In this document: piece by piece, positions 20,392 to 29,774 of the stretch
How the letters are laid out: each line of letters opens with the position of its first letter
Position numbering within the stretch: position 1 is the first letter of the stretch
DNA from: Parasphingorhabdus sp.
GTDB lineage: Bacteria; Pseudomonadota; Alphaproteobacteria; Sphingomonadales; Sphingomonadaceae
Reading direction: 5' to 3'
Length of the DNA: 64,000 bases
NCBI RefSeq assembly: GCF_965233695.1
Contig: NZ_OZ247497.1
Location: forward strand, 2,495,277-2,559,276
Notes under the pieces: generated by a model
What the model saw: only the letters and a program-made list of their open reading frames with translations
Database searches by the model: none
Told to the model about the DNA's origin: nothing
Program-made: the position numbers and the translations under genes

Positions 20392-20439
20392 AACAAGGCG
20401 CTTAGTAGAAAGGCCCGAATTGACTGCTAAAGCTTATGG

Positions 20440-21513
20440 TTAACGCTTTCTAACGGTTCCATTAGCGACGCAGAAATGGAGCGCGTCATCCGGTATATCG
20501 ACGAACAGGGCCGCTTCCGTTCCGGTCAACCAGACCTGACCACCTTTACTCGACAGCTTTTCGAACAGCGCGGCCCTTCGGACGGGATCGAGATGGGCAG
20601 CGACCTCATCGAGCAAGAGAATCGGGCGATTTCCCCGCTGTTCAGCGATAAGATCGGCATGTGCCAATATGATCGAAAATAGCAGCGCTTTCTGTTCACC
20701 GGTGGAGCATTTTTCTGCCGGTTGTTTCTTGCCTGCATGAACCACGCTAAGGTCGGCACGGTGCGGTCCCGTCAACGTCCGGCCAGCGCGGCGGTCCGCC
20801 TGGCGACCTTTTGCAAGTGCTTGATGCAATGCTGATTCGCTGCGGAGATCCTTGTCATCCAGATATAGTTTTGCCGCCGCGAACAAACCGTCGTCGGTCA
20901 TCGCCAGAGCGCTATTCAATCCCTCGGTAATGCGAAAGCGCGCTTCGGCAACGGCGCTGCCAAATCCGGCCAGCTGCCCGTCAAGCGCGTCCAGCCATTC
21001 GCTGTCCGGCATATATTCATCCGCCAATAGCCGGTTCCGCTCCCGCCGTGCGGCATCATAACGGGCGCAGTTTCTGGCATGTTCCGGCTCCAGCGCCGTG
21101 ACGAGGCGATCCAGAAAATTACGCCGTCCCGATGCGCCTTCCATGAATAACCGGTCCATCGCTGGCGTGAGCCATAATATCGAAAGCCATTGGGCCAGGT
21201 CATTTGTCGGTACCGCCGCGCCATTTATCCGTGTTTTGCGGCGTTCGGGATGTTCCGGGCTTGTCCCGGTCCCAAGTTGGATATCGTCCAGCTGCGCAGC
21301 AACAGCGAAATCACCGATGCTGTCTTCATGGGCCATGTCTTTCAGGGCTGCCCGCCTTAGCCCGCGCCCCGGAGATAAAAGCGATACCGCCTCCAGGATG
21401 TTGGTCTTCCCAGCACCATTATCGCCGCTCAGCACGACAAACCCTGGCGCGGCCTCCAGCCGCAGCTGCCGATAGTTCCGGAAATTTTGCAGGGTGAGCT
21501 GAGAGATCGTCAT
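20440..21513 (-). CDS. recF: DNA replication/repair protein RecF
   Basis: FRNY, Walker [41 protein letters not shown]. Confidence 0.96.
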   Translation of the reverse strand: MTISQLTLQNFRNYRQLRLEAAPGFVVLSGDNGAGKTNILEAVSLLSPGRGLRRAALKDMAHEDSIGDFAVAAQLDDIQLGTGTSPEHPERRKTRINGAAVPTNDLAQWLSILWLTPAMDRLFMEGASGRRNFLDRLVTALEPEHARNCARYDAARRERNRLLADEYMPDSEWLDALDGQLAGFGSAVAEARFRITEGLNSALAMTDDGLFAAAKLYLDDKDLRSESALHQALAKGRQADRRAGRTLTGPHRADLSVVHAGKKQPAEKCSTGEQKALLFSIILAHADLIAEQRGNRPILLLDEVAAHLDPVRRAALFEKLSSKGGQVWLTGTEAALFVDIPDDALHFCVANGTVRKR

Positions 21514-21610
21514 AACAGGCTTTAAACTCTAGCCTTCCCCCAGAGGGATGAGAAGAAAATTCGCCGCGCTTGCCAATGTTGTTCATCTATCATTCATTAA
21601 ATGCTAAAAG

Positions 21611-21629
21611 TTAGTGAAAAGCGCTAACT
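21611..21629 (+). promoter_or_regulatory. Putative PspF-type upstream activator sequence
   Basis: TTAGTGAAAAGCGCTAACT matches 16/19 to the E. coli pspA UAS as I recall it (TTAGTGTAATTCGCTAACT). It lies about 75-90 bp upstream of a -24/-12 promoter that precedes pspC. Confidence 0.6.
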
Positions 21630-21701
21630 ATCAGTTTTACGCAATTTGACAATTGGCCAAAAAATTGACTAAATATCTGAATAATAACAATAATCAAAAA
21701 C

Positions 21702-21717
21702 TGGCACGGCCTGTGCA
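21702..21717 (+). promoter_or_regulatory. Sigma54 (RpoN) -24/-12 promoter
   Basis: TGGCACGGCCTGTGCA: GG (21703-21704) and GC (21715-21716) are separated by exactly 10 nt; TGGCACG half-site is consensus; AT-rich stretch upstream. Confidence 0.75.
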
Positions 21718-21780
21718 ATGTATGAGACATCTTCGGAAACACAACAACGAAGCCCAGTTTTAAAAGAAAAGGAAATCAAA

Positions 21781-21900
21781 ATGTTCACGAATGTCTCAAA
21801 CAATATCGCCGCCGCTTTCGCCGCTCTTGTCTCTGCCGCCGTATTTGTCGGTGCCAGCGTTGGACCAGCGATCAACAATGCCGGTTCTCTTGTAATCTAA
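21781..21900 (+). CDS. 39-aa hydrophobic microprotein, copy 1
   Basis: RBS AAGGAAAT; MFTNVSNNIAAAFAALVSAAVFVGASVGPAINNAGSLVI; paralog directly downstream. Confidence 0.8.
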   Translation: MFTNVSNNIAAAFAALVSAAVFVGASVGPAINNAGSLVI

Positions 21901-21930
21901 TCCCAACCCAATCCCCTGAAAGGAAATATC

Positions 21931-22050
21931 ATGACCTACGAACTTAAAAACAAATTTCTCGCTTCTTTCGCCGCTCTGTTCTCCGCCGCAATTTTTGTCA
22001 GCGCAAGCGTTGCTCCTGCAATGAACGCTGCTGGTTCGATGGTGATCTGA
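21931..22050 (+). CDS. 39-aa hydrophobic microprotein, copy 2 (not in ORF track)
   Basis: RBS AAGGAAAT; MTYELKNKFLASFAALFSAAIFVSASVAPAMNAAGSMVI; 23/39 identical to copy 1 without gaps. Confidence 0.8.
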   Translation: MTYELKNKFLASFAALFSAAIFVSASVAPAMNAAGSMVI

Positions 22051-22133
22051 TGGCAAACGAGAAAAAGACCACCCGTTCTACGCCAACCAGCTGGCCGGAA
22101 CCGATTTCATCTAACAAAAGGAAAAACAGCCCA

Positions 22134-22313
22134 GTGAAAAACAAACTGAAACTCGACAAAGCCAATGGCAAGCTGATGGGCGTATGTTCCGGCCTTGCAA
22201 ATTGGAGCGGCATGGACGCTAATTTGCTGCGGATAATCTTCGTACTTGCGACAATTTTCGGCTTTGGTTCTGCCATCATCATCTATCTTGCGATCGGCCT
22301 GATTGTTGACTGA
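22134..22313 (+). CDS. pspC: PspC-domain membrane protein
   Basis: RBS AAGGAA before GTG 22134; KLKLDKANGKLMGVCSGLA...LLRIIFV...IIYLAIGLIV is the PspC signature. Confidence 0.85.
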   Translation: MKNKLKLDKANGKLMGVCSGLANWSGMDANLLRIIFVLATIFGFGSAIIIYLAIGLIVD

Positions 22314-22437
22314 TTAAAGATCCAGTGTCGCATGAATGATATAACATACAGAAAACATTGAATAATAATCATAGACCGCTCTGATAAATCCGTGTATTTA
22401 GTGACAACTAGTCATTGAGTAATTTATCGGAGCGCAG

Positions 22438-23418
22438 ATGTCCGACGGGTCCAATCATAGTCACGATCACCACGGACATCATGGCCATCACGGTCATCTC
22501 TTTCACAGTCATCACGATCGCCATGGCCCGCACGGCCATATGCCGACTAATTTCAGTCGTGCCTTCGCCTTCGGTATCACGCTCAATATCATCTACATCA
22601 TCGTCGAAGTTACCTTTGGCCTGCTATCCGGCTCGATGGCGCTGCTCGCCGATGCCGGACATAATTTGTCAGACGTTCTCGGGCTGGCCGTTGCATGGGC
22701 AGGGGCCGAGCTTTCAAAACGGCCGCCCAGCAAACAGTTCACTTATGGCCTGGGCGGATCTTCCATTTTGGCAGCGCTGTTAAATGGACTCTTTCTGCTG
22801 GTGGCTTGCGGTGCCATTGCCTGGGAGGCGATCGAGCGATTTAGTGCGCCGAGCGAGGTGGCATCGACAACAATCATCATTGTGGCATCGGTCGGTATCG
22901 TGATTAACTTCGGCACCGCCATGCTGTTCCTGCGCGGTCAGAAAGAAGATATAAATATTCGCGGCGCCTTTTTGCACATGATGGCCGATGCCGCGGTCTC
23001 CGCCGGAGTGGTTCTGGGCGGCATACTGATTTTCTATACCGGCAAGAACTGGATCGACCCGCTCATCAGCCTGTTCATCGTTGCGCTCATTTTCTGGAGC
23101 ACCTGGGGCTTGCTGACCGAAGCCATCCGGATGTCGCTGGCCGGCGTACCGCGCAATATTGACGTCGAGGAAGTCTTTGAAGCGCTGTCCGGACTGCCGG
23201 GGGTTGAGACGGTTCATGATCTGCATGTCTGGCCAATGAGCACCAGCGAAACCGCAATGACGGCTCATCTTGTCATTCCCGGCGGCCATCCCGGCAAGGG
23301 ATTTCTCGCGGATGTTCAGGCGGATATGAAGAAGCGCTTTTCCATTCATCACATCACTATCCAGATTGAGCTGGAGGATGAAGAGGCCGAGCTTTGTCAG
23401 ACGGATTGTGGCTCATAA
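22438..23418 (+). CDS. Cation diffusion facilitator (CzcD/ZitB-like Zn/Co/Cd exporter)
   Basis: His-rich N-terminus; ALLADAGHNLSD, AFLHMMAD and VHDLHVW motifs. Confidence 0.93.
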   Translation: MSDGSNHSHDHHGHHGHHGHLFHSHHDRHGPHGHMPTNFSRAFAFGITLNIIYIIVEVTFGLLSGSMALLADAGHNLSDVLGLAVAWAGAELSKRPPSKQFTYGLGGSSILAALLNGLFLLVACGAIAWEAIERFSAPSEVASTTIIIVASVGIVINFGTAMLFLRGQKEDINIRGAFLHMMADAAVSAGVVLGGILIFYTGKNWIDPLISLFIVALIFWSTWGLLTEAIRMSLAGVPRNIDVEEVFEALSGLPGVETVHDLHVWPMSTSETAMTAHLVIPGGHPGKGFLADVQADMKKRFSIHHITIQIELEDEEAELCQTDCGS

Positions 23419-23434
23419 AAATCAGGAACAAATC

Positions 23435-23468
23435 GCCCATAGTTCCAATTTGCCCATAGTTCCAATTT
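23435..23468. repeat. 17-bp tandem duplication GCCCATAGTTCCAATTT x2
   Basis: Exact copies at 23435-23451 and 23452-23468. Confidence 0.9.
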
Positions 23469-23532
23469 GATAGCTACGAAGTTGACAAAGTGGACATAGT
23501 CCTTTGCATCGTTTCATTCTTGTATTCCGGGC

Positions 23533-23678
23533 CAAAGTTCACACAAATCACACAGGGTATCGATCTGGTGAATTCACGATGTGTGGGTGCAAAGTTCACA
23601 CAAATCACACCCCATTGGTCATATGGCATTGTTCCATCGGCATCGGAGGCCCCGATGCAAAGTTCACACAAGTCACAC
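23533..23678. repeat. Three 21-bp direct repeats CAAAGTTCACACAA(A/G)TCACAC
   Basis: Copies at 23533-23553, 23590-23610 and 23658-23678; spacers of 36 and 47 bp. Confidence 0.9.
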
Positions 23679-23919
23679 CGGTTCTCCTGCGCGATTCAAG
23701 CGATGCATTTATCAATATTCAGGGCTGAGAAAGAGCGGCGAAACATTATCATATTTCCACCTGTGTAGGAAAGAGCAGTTGCCTGATAGGACCCCCGCTG
23801 CGACGATCATCGCAACCATCGCGCCATTCATCCGAAAAACCGGCTTCGTTCAGCAACCGGACTGCCATCTGTGCCATTATAGCAGTGCTATGGGGGCAAG
23901 TAATCTCAGGAGTTTGGTC

Positions 23920-24216
23920 ATGCGACTATTTGCAAAGAAACTATCAATCCTTTCTGTCACCGCAGTCTCGGCATTATCCCTCTCGGCCTGCGCGGGAAAC
24001 TATGCTGGTGAAGGCGCGGCTGCCGGAGCGGCGACCGGCGCGATTATCGGTGCGGTAACCGGCGATACAGGTGATGCCTTAAAGGGCGCGGCCATTGGCG
24101 CTGCTGCTGGTGCAGCGGCAGGTTATTTCATCGACAAAGATGACGATTGTGACGGCTATAATGATGATGGCGAGCTTGACGATGATTGTCGCGGGGAACC
24201 CGGTTATCCGGATTAA
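23920..24216 (+). CDS. Glycine-zipper (YMGG-like) lipoprotein
   Basis: RBS AGGAG before ATG 23920; lipobox LSAC; GAAAGAATGAIIG...GAAIGAAAGAAAG; acidic tail with two Cys. Confidence 0.85.
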   Translation: MRLFAKKLSILSVTAVSALSLSACAGNYAGEGAAAGAATGAIIGAVTGDTGDALKGAAIGAAAGAAAGYFIDKDDDCDGYNDDGELDDDCRGEPGYPD

Positions 24217-24237
24217 TCGTCCGTCGTTTTGAATGTT

Positions 24238-24261
24238 TGGCCGCCGCTTGTGTGGCGGCCA
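24238..24261. terminator. Hairpin between convergent genes
   Basis: TGGCCGCC / GGCGGCCA stem. Confidence 0.55.
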
Positions 24262-24294
24262 GATTATCCGGCACGTCCTGACCGCGTCGGTGCC

Positions 24295-25077
24295 CTATGC
24301 TCCGGGAAGGCCCACGGCGCGGCGATAGAGATGCCATGTCGCGTGGCCGAGAACGGGCAGGACAATGAGGAGCCCGAGGAACAAGGGCAGCATGGCCACA
24401 AATAACGCGATCGCGATAATGAAAGCCCAGACCAGCAATATGAACTTGTTCGATCGCACCGTGGCAAGGCTCACAATGATGGCAGTAATGAAGTCGACCT
24501 GGCGATCGACCAGCATCGGCAGGCTGACGACCGTAATCGCATAAAAGGCCAGTGCCATAAGTCCGCCCACGACAGTGCCGACCAGCAGCATCATGATACC
24601 AGCGGTCGTGCGAAACAATGCGAGTGATTCTGATCCGATGCCGGATTCCGCCATGAAAACTGCAAAAATGCCATGGGCGACCATCAACCAGAATGCGAAA
24701 GCGACAAACAATATGACGCCCATGCTCAAAATCTGCTCATCGCCGCGCCCGCGCAATGCGCCGAGCACCGCGCGCCAACTCATTGGCATGCCGGCTTCCC
24801 GCCGACGGCTGACTTCATAAAGTCCGACGGCGACAAATGGCGCCAGCAACGGAAAGCCCGCCGCCGCCGGAACCAGCCATGCGATCTCGCCACGCTCGAA
24901 AAGTGCGAAATAGAGAAACATACCGGCAGCCACATAGATTGCGCCGAAAAACAGGCCGAATAGCGGATAGGCTCTGAAATCATTCCAACCCGCCGCCAAC
25001 GCGTCGCGAAGATCGCTCATGGTAAGATCGCTCGCGACCATCGCCGGTGCGATTTGCGCTTGCCCGCTCATGTTCAT
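24295..25077 (-). CDS. Integral membrane protein, DUF2189-like
   Basis: ALAAGWNDF, GFPLLAPFVAVGLYEVSRR, PVLGHATWHLYRR; multiple TM segments. Confidence 0.85.
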   Translation of the reverse strand: MNMSGQAQIAPAMVASDLTMSDLRDALAAGWNDFRAYPLFGLFFGAIYVAAGMFLYFALFERGEIAWLVPAAAGFPLLAPFVAVGLYEVSRRREAGMPMSWRAVLGALRGRGDEQILSMGVILFVAFAFWLMVAHGIFAVFMAESGIGSESLALFRTTAGIMMLLVGTVVGGLMALAFYAITVVSLPMLVDRQVDFITAIIVSLATVRSNKFILLVWAFIIAIALFVAMLPLFLGLLIVLPVLGHATWHLYRRAVGLPGA

Positions 25078-25277
25078 GACATTCCCTCCTGTGGAAACTT
25101 GATAGGATTATGCCGGAAATCGCACTTTACTACAACCAATTTGCCCCGCAGGCCTGCAACATAGCCATTATTGAGAGTTGTGTTTTTGGGCAGTAAAACG
25201 GCTTATGTTTGTCATGTGATTTAAAAAAGCACCGCAATTTTCAGTATGATCGCATGTCTTCGGGAGAGGAATATTAC

Positions 25278-26096
25278 ATGGCGCATATGTTGGTGGAGGC
25301 CCAAACAGACGAGACCGAACCTCATCTGGAAGAACTGCTGGAAAGCGTTTCCATTCGCGAGCCGAAAGATATTCGCCGGGCTGCTTGTAACCTTCATGAC
25401 ATAGCGCAACGAAGAGGGTTCAGAGTGGCTCTCTGCGCCGATATCTCATCCGGCAAGACGATGGAGGATGCAGAAGGCAATTGCGTGAATGCAGACGTTT
25501 TCGGCTGGGTAAAGCATTCGGAACTTTGGTGGAAAGATCCGCAATATGCATTGCACAGTCCTATTCCGCGGGCCTGCCGATATGAAAGCGAGCCCTTTTG
25601 GTGTGATGCGAGCGGCTTTCATGTCCATCCGCCCAACAGTTTTCTGGATGATATCGACCTGCAAAACTATTTTGCCGCGTTGAAAGGGCGATATAACGCG
25701 CTGATCGTCGTGCCGGTACATTTGCCCTTTGGCCAGGTGTCCGCCAACAGTTTTCCTGCCATAAACCCCCAAGCCGAAAGCTTTCCGGAAAGCTTTGCGA
25801 AATTTGGCCATCTGTTAGGCGCGCTCACGCGAAGGATTATATGCGGCTATGTATCCCTGTCGCGAAAATCAAAACATATCCCGTCGGACTGCGGTTTGTC
25901 GAAGCGGGAAGCGGAATGCATCCGCTGGGCGTCGGTAGGCAAGACCGATGAAGAGATAGGCGAGATTATTTCGGTCTGCCGGTCGACCGTGCGCTACCAT
26001 ATCAGCCGGGCTGGCGAAAAGCTGGAGGCGGTCAATCGCACCCAAACCGTATTCAAGGCCACGCAGCTCGGTTATCTGGGCAATAGTCATGGTTGA
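25278..26096 (+). CDS. LuxR-family transcriptional regulator (solo)
   Basis: RBS GGAGAGG; C-terminal HTH LSKREAECIRWASVGKTDEEIG...TVRYHI; autoinducer-domain-like N-terminus (EPFW). Confidence 0.88.
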   Translation: MAHMLVEAQTDETEPHLEELLESVSIREPKDIRRAACNLHDIAQRRGFRVALCADISSGKTMEDAEGNCVNADVFGWVKHSELWWKDPQYALHSPIPRACRYESEPFWCDASGFHVHPPNSFLDDIDLQNYFAALKGRYNALIVVPVHLPFGQVSANSFPAINPQAESFPESFAKFGHLLGALTRRIICGYVSLSRKSKHIPSDCGLSKREAECIRWASVGKTDEEIGEIISVCRSTVRYHISRAGEKLEAVNRTQTVFKATQLGYLGNSHG

Positions 26097-26381
26097 ATGG
26101 CCAGTATTTCGGCCGGCCGCTGACTCATTTCGTCCTTGATTTGGCCAGCGCTACACATCCGGTATTTTGCTGTACCATCGTATTTGGCGATTTTTGTAAA
26201 ATATAATGATGAATTGGTTGATTTGAACGTAACTAAATTACTTCAACCGTAAATTTCCTGACCTTTTGGCCAGTTGAGTCAACAGCCAGTGCGCGTCAGT
26301 CTCTCGCTACAACAATGCTGGGACACACCGGCAACGAGGATTGTCCGTTACCAATGTGACGGACGTAAATGGGAGAGAGCT

Positions 26382-28925
26382 ATGAACATGCGCGCACAAC
26401 GTTACGAATCCCGCTTGACCGCCAAATCTGTCAAGGCAGTTTTGATGGCAACGGTTGCCACATTCACTGTTTCAGGCTTCGCAAATCCGGCCTTCGCACA
26501 GGAAGCAGCGGAAGAAGAAGACAATGTGATCATTACCGTAACAGCGCGTAAGCAGACCGAGTCATTGCAAGAGGTGCCGGTAACGGTGACTGCAATTGGC
26601 GGGGATACGCTCGACAGATATCAGATCAACGAAGTCGCCGATGTTGTAAGCCGCGTCCCTGCACTAAACGTCCAGGTCGGTGGATCCGGTGCCGGAGGAC
26701 AGATCAGTTTGCGCGGGGTCGGAACGACCAATATTTCCGCCGCGTTTGACTCTGCCGTCGCCTTTGATTTTGATGGCGTACAGGTGAGCACGATGCGTCT
26801 GGTACAAGCGTCATTTTTTGACGTGGAGCAGATAGATATTCTCAAAGGCCCGCAATCCCTGTTCTTTGGCAAGAGCGCGACGGCGGGCGTTTTCTCGGTT
26901 CGATCGGCTAACCCCACGCCCAATTGGGAGGCGGGCGTCAAAGTCTCTCAGGAATTTGAGGAAAATGGCACCACCATCGGTGGCTATATCTCGGGACCGC
27001 TTAACGATACGCTGGGTATCAGGGTCGCCGGCCAATATCAGAATATCGAGAAATATGTGGAACTGGAGGCTGGTACGCCTTCGGTCTTTGCAAATTCGGG
27101 CAAGGGATTGGAAAATATTGTCGGCCGCGTGACCCTGCAATGGGATCCGACCGACAATTTCTCGGCGAACCTGAAGTTGAACTATAACCGCAACGAAGGC
27201 GACAGTTTGCTTGGGCATTCCGACATTGATTGTGGTGCCAATGGCGTCGCCGATCCGGTGTTTTTCGCGCTGACCGGAACCTTCTTTGAATCAAACAGCA
27301 GCTGCGACATTCAGGACGGCCTTTATCCGCACCCGGACGGCAATCCTGATCTGCTGGTGATTGCGCCCGGAACGACAGGCGCGGATCGCTATGTCGGGCA
27401 ATCTTATAACGAGACGGAAACATTCTTTGCCCGCCTCGCGATGGATCTGGAGCTTTCCGACACGCTGACATTGTCAACAGTGACCGGCTATCTCGATCTC
27501 GATAACGAGCATCTGGATCATTTCAGCTATGTCGGTATTCGAACCGATGGCCTGCCGGGCGGCGCTCCGGCTCCTTTTTCCGATGCGCTGGAGCAATTCA
27601 CGCAGGAAATTCGCCTAGCCAGTGATTTCGACGGGATGTTCAACTTTGTCGTGGGCGGTTTCTGGGAAAGCCGGAAGCAGCCGCTGGAAACCTCCCAAAA
27701 CGCGTTTCTTGGCACGTTCCTGTTCCCTGATTCCCGCGGAATTACCTATGACTGGGTTGCGCAGCGGACAACCAAAAGCGAGGCGCTATCTTTCTTCGCC
27801 AGCGGTACTCTGGATATCACGGATCAACTGGAACTGTCTGGCGGCGTGCGTTGGACCGATGAACAGAAGACCCACAGATCAAATTTCCCGTTCGTTCACA
27901 ACGCGCTGACATTCCTGAACCCGATCGTTGGCGGACTGGGTCTGGTTGTTCCCGAAGGCTTTAACACCGGGCCAATCAAATTTTCGGACAGCAATATTTC
28001 CCCGGAAATCACCTTGAAATATCAGGCGACACCTGATCTCAATTTCTACGCGTCTTACAAGACCGGATTCAAATCGGGCGGTATTGATAACAGCATCCTG
28101 CCAACCTCTTCGGTTCAGCTGGTTGTTCCGGGATTTGCCGAGCAGTTCCCGGCTCTGTTCCCTGATCCGGTGGCGGCTCGTGAAGCGGCGCTGGATTCGA
28201 TCATTTATGATTCCGAAACCGCCAAAGGCGGCGAGGTCGGGATGAAGGCCTTGCTGGGCGGCGGCGCTTTCCGCGTGAATACGTCGCTCTATTATTTCGT
28301 GTTCGATGATTTGCAGGTTCAGAATTTTGATGGCGCCAACACGCGCTTTCTGACCGTCAACGCCGGTGAGTTGACCACTCAAGGTTTCGACATTGACTGG
28401 TCATGGAGCACGCCGCTTGAGGGGCTGAACCTTTCGGGGACGCTGGGTTACACCGATGCCAAATTCACCGATACGTTCCTGGCAGATGCCGGACCTGACG
28501 GCGTGGGCGGGACTGCCGATGATATCGACATTGATGGTCGCCGCGCCGCGCGTGCACCAAAATGGTCGGGCAATATCGCGGTTGACTGGCTCATCCCCGT
28601 TGGTGATACTCTGGAATTCGGCCTGAGCGGTAATGCCGCCTACAGCGGTTCCTATTTCGCCGGAAACAACAATTTCGCTGATTTTGTGCAGGATGACTAT
28701 GTTTCGCTGGACGCGTCTGTGTCGATTGGTGATCAGGACGGCAAATGGAAATTGTCGCTTATCGGTGTCAATCTGACCGACGAAATCTGGGCCAATACCG
28801 TTGGCGATCGGCCATTCTTGGATGCCGGCAATGCCCTTGGTCGCGCGACCGGTGGCGGTGACGACCGGGTGGTCACACAAAACCGGGGCCGTCAAGTGTT
28901 CGTCGAGGCTGCATTCAAGTTCTGA
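26382..28925 (+). CDS. TonB-dependent receptor
   Basis: RBS GGAGAG; signal peptide; TVTARKQTESLQEVP, ILKGPQSLFFG; terminal Phe. Confidence 0.93.
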   Translation: MNMRAQRYESRLTAKSVKAVLMATVATFTVSGFANPAFAQEAAEEEDNVIITVTARKQTESLQEVPVTVTAIGGDTLDRYQINEVADVVSRVPALNVQVGGSGAGGQISLRGVGTTNISAAFDSAVAFDFDGVQVSTMRLVQASFFDVEQIDILKGPQSLFFGKSATAGVFSVRSANPTPNWEAGVKVSQEFEENGTTIGGYISGPLNDTLGIRVAGQYQNIEKYVELEAGTPSVFANSGKGLENIVGRVTLQWDPTDNFSANLKLNYNRNEGDSLLGHSDIDCGANGVADPVFFALTGTFFESNSSCDIQDGLYPHPDGNPDLLVIAPGTTGADRYVGQSYNETETFFARLAMDLELSDTLTLSTVTGYLDLDNEHLDHFSYVGIRTDGLPGGAPAPFSDALEQFTQEIRLASDFDGMFNFVVGGFWESRKQPLETSQNAFLGTFLFPDSRGITYDWVAQRTTKSEALSFFASGTLDITDQLELSGGVRWTDEQKTHRSNFPFVHNALTFLNPIVGGLGLVVPEGFNTGPIKFSDSNISPEITLKYQATPDLNFYASYKTGFKSGGIDNSILPTSSVQLVVPGFAEQFPALFPDPVAAREAALDSIIYDSETAKGGEVGMKALLGGGAFRVNTSLYYFVFDDLQVQNFDGANTRFLTVNAGELTTQGFDIDWSWSTPLEGLNLSGTLGYTDAKFTDTFLADAGPDGVGGTADDIDIDGRRAARAPKWSGNIAVDWLIPVGDTLEFGLSGNAAYSGSYFAGNNNFADFVQDDYVSLDASVSIGDQDGKWKLSLIGVNLTDEIWANTVGDRPFLDAGNALGRATGGGDDRVVTQNRGRQVFVEAAFKF

Positions 28926-28950
28926 TCAGCATCTCCCGTTGATCAAACAT

Positions 28951-28984
28951 GGCCGGAGTGGAGCAGTCCATTCCGGCCTTTTTT
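28951..28984 (+). terminator. Intrinsic terminator
   Basis: GGCCGGAGTGGA / TCCATTCCGGCC stem followed by TTTTTT. Confidence 0.85.
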
Positions 28985-29070
28985 GTAGGTTGGTGGCTAG
29001 CCAAACCGCCAATTTACACGGCAACTTACAGGTTTACGGTGATTGGCAATAATAGCTCGGGACAGGATGA

Positions 29071-29610
29071 TTGGCAAATATGGACAGACAAACGGAAATT
29101 GACCACGCGCTGGATAAGCTGGCCATCATGGAATTGCCCGGCCGATACATGCGCGGGCTGGATCGTCTCGACCGCGATCTGTTGCGGGCACAATTTTGGG
29201 ACGACGCCTATCTGGATTACGGCATTTACACCGGAGGAGCGGACGGGTTTGCAGATTTCTGCATGGACGCACTATCCAGCCATCTCGCGAACCATCATAT
29301 GATCGGTCAGAATAATGTCGAAATTCTCGGTGACGAGGCGTTCGGAGAGGTTTATTTCTATGCCTTTCACCGGGTCGTCGATGACTCTGGCGAGGCACGC
29401 GATGTCATGATCAACGGTCGCTATCTCGACCGCTATGAAAAGCGCGATGGCATCTGGAAATTTGCCTATCGGAGCGAAGTGGTCGACTGGTCCCGCGATG
29501 ATCCGGCTGCTGACCGGTTTCTCGAAGGATCGGGCAATATCCTCGGCACGCGCAAACCCGATGATCCACTTTATAATCGTGACAATATGCGCCGCCCGGA
29601 GGATCGTTGA
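29071..29610 (+). CDS. NTF2-like (SnoaL_4) protein
   Basis: YMRGLDRLDRDLL, FWDDAYLDYG, HHMIGQ, GRYLDRYEKRDGIWK. Confidence 0.85.
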   Translation: MANMDRQTEIDHALDKLAIMELPGRYMRGLDRLDRDLLRAQFWDDAYLDYGIYTGGADGFADFCMDALSSHLANHHMIGQNNVEILGDEAFGEVYFYAFHRVVDDSGEARDVMINGRYLDRYEKRDGIWKFAYRSEVVDWSRDDPAADRFLEGSGNILGTRKPDDPLYNRDNMRRPEDR

Positions 29611-29774
29611 TAGCGTCGCTTAGTGTATCGGCTCTCTCCCAAACCAATTTCCCCATTAAGGCCCGGCGGATATTCCCAAGCATCTTGACAAGGTTTCAAA
29701 TAGACTTAGGCCATCACAGTCAAAATACGGTTCTCCAGATGGTCCGTATTTGATCGATATAGGGAGGTTCCAAC

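Noticed and set aside
23533-23678. Mini CRISPR array
   Set aside because: Only three 21-bp non-palindromic repeats, unequal spacers (36 and 47 bp), no cas genes; kept as an unexplained repeat.
23435-23678. Alphaproteobacterial LexA boxes (GTTC-N7-GTTC)
   Set aside because: GTTC occurs in the repeats but never with the N7 spacing.
25278-26096. AHL quorum-sensing circuit
   Set aside because: No luxI in the window, and the conserved AHL-binding Asp is replaced.
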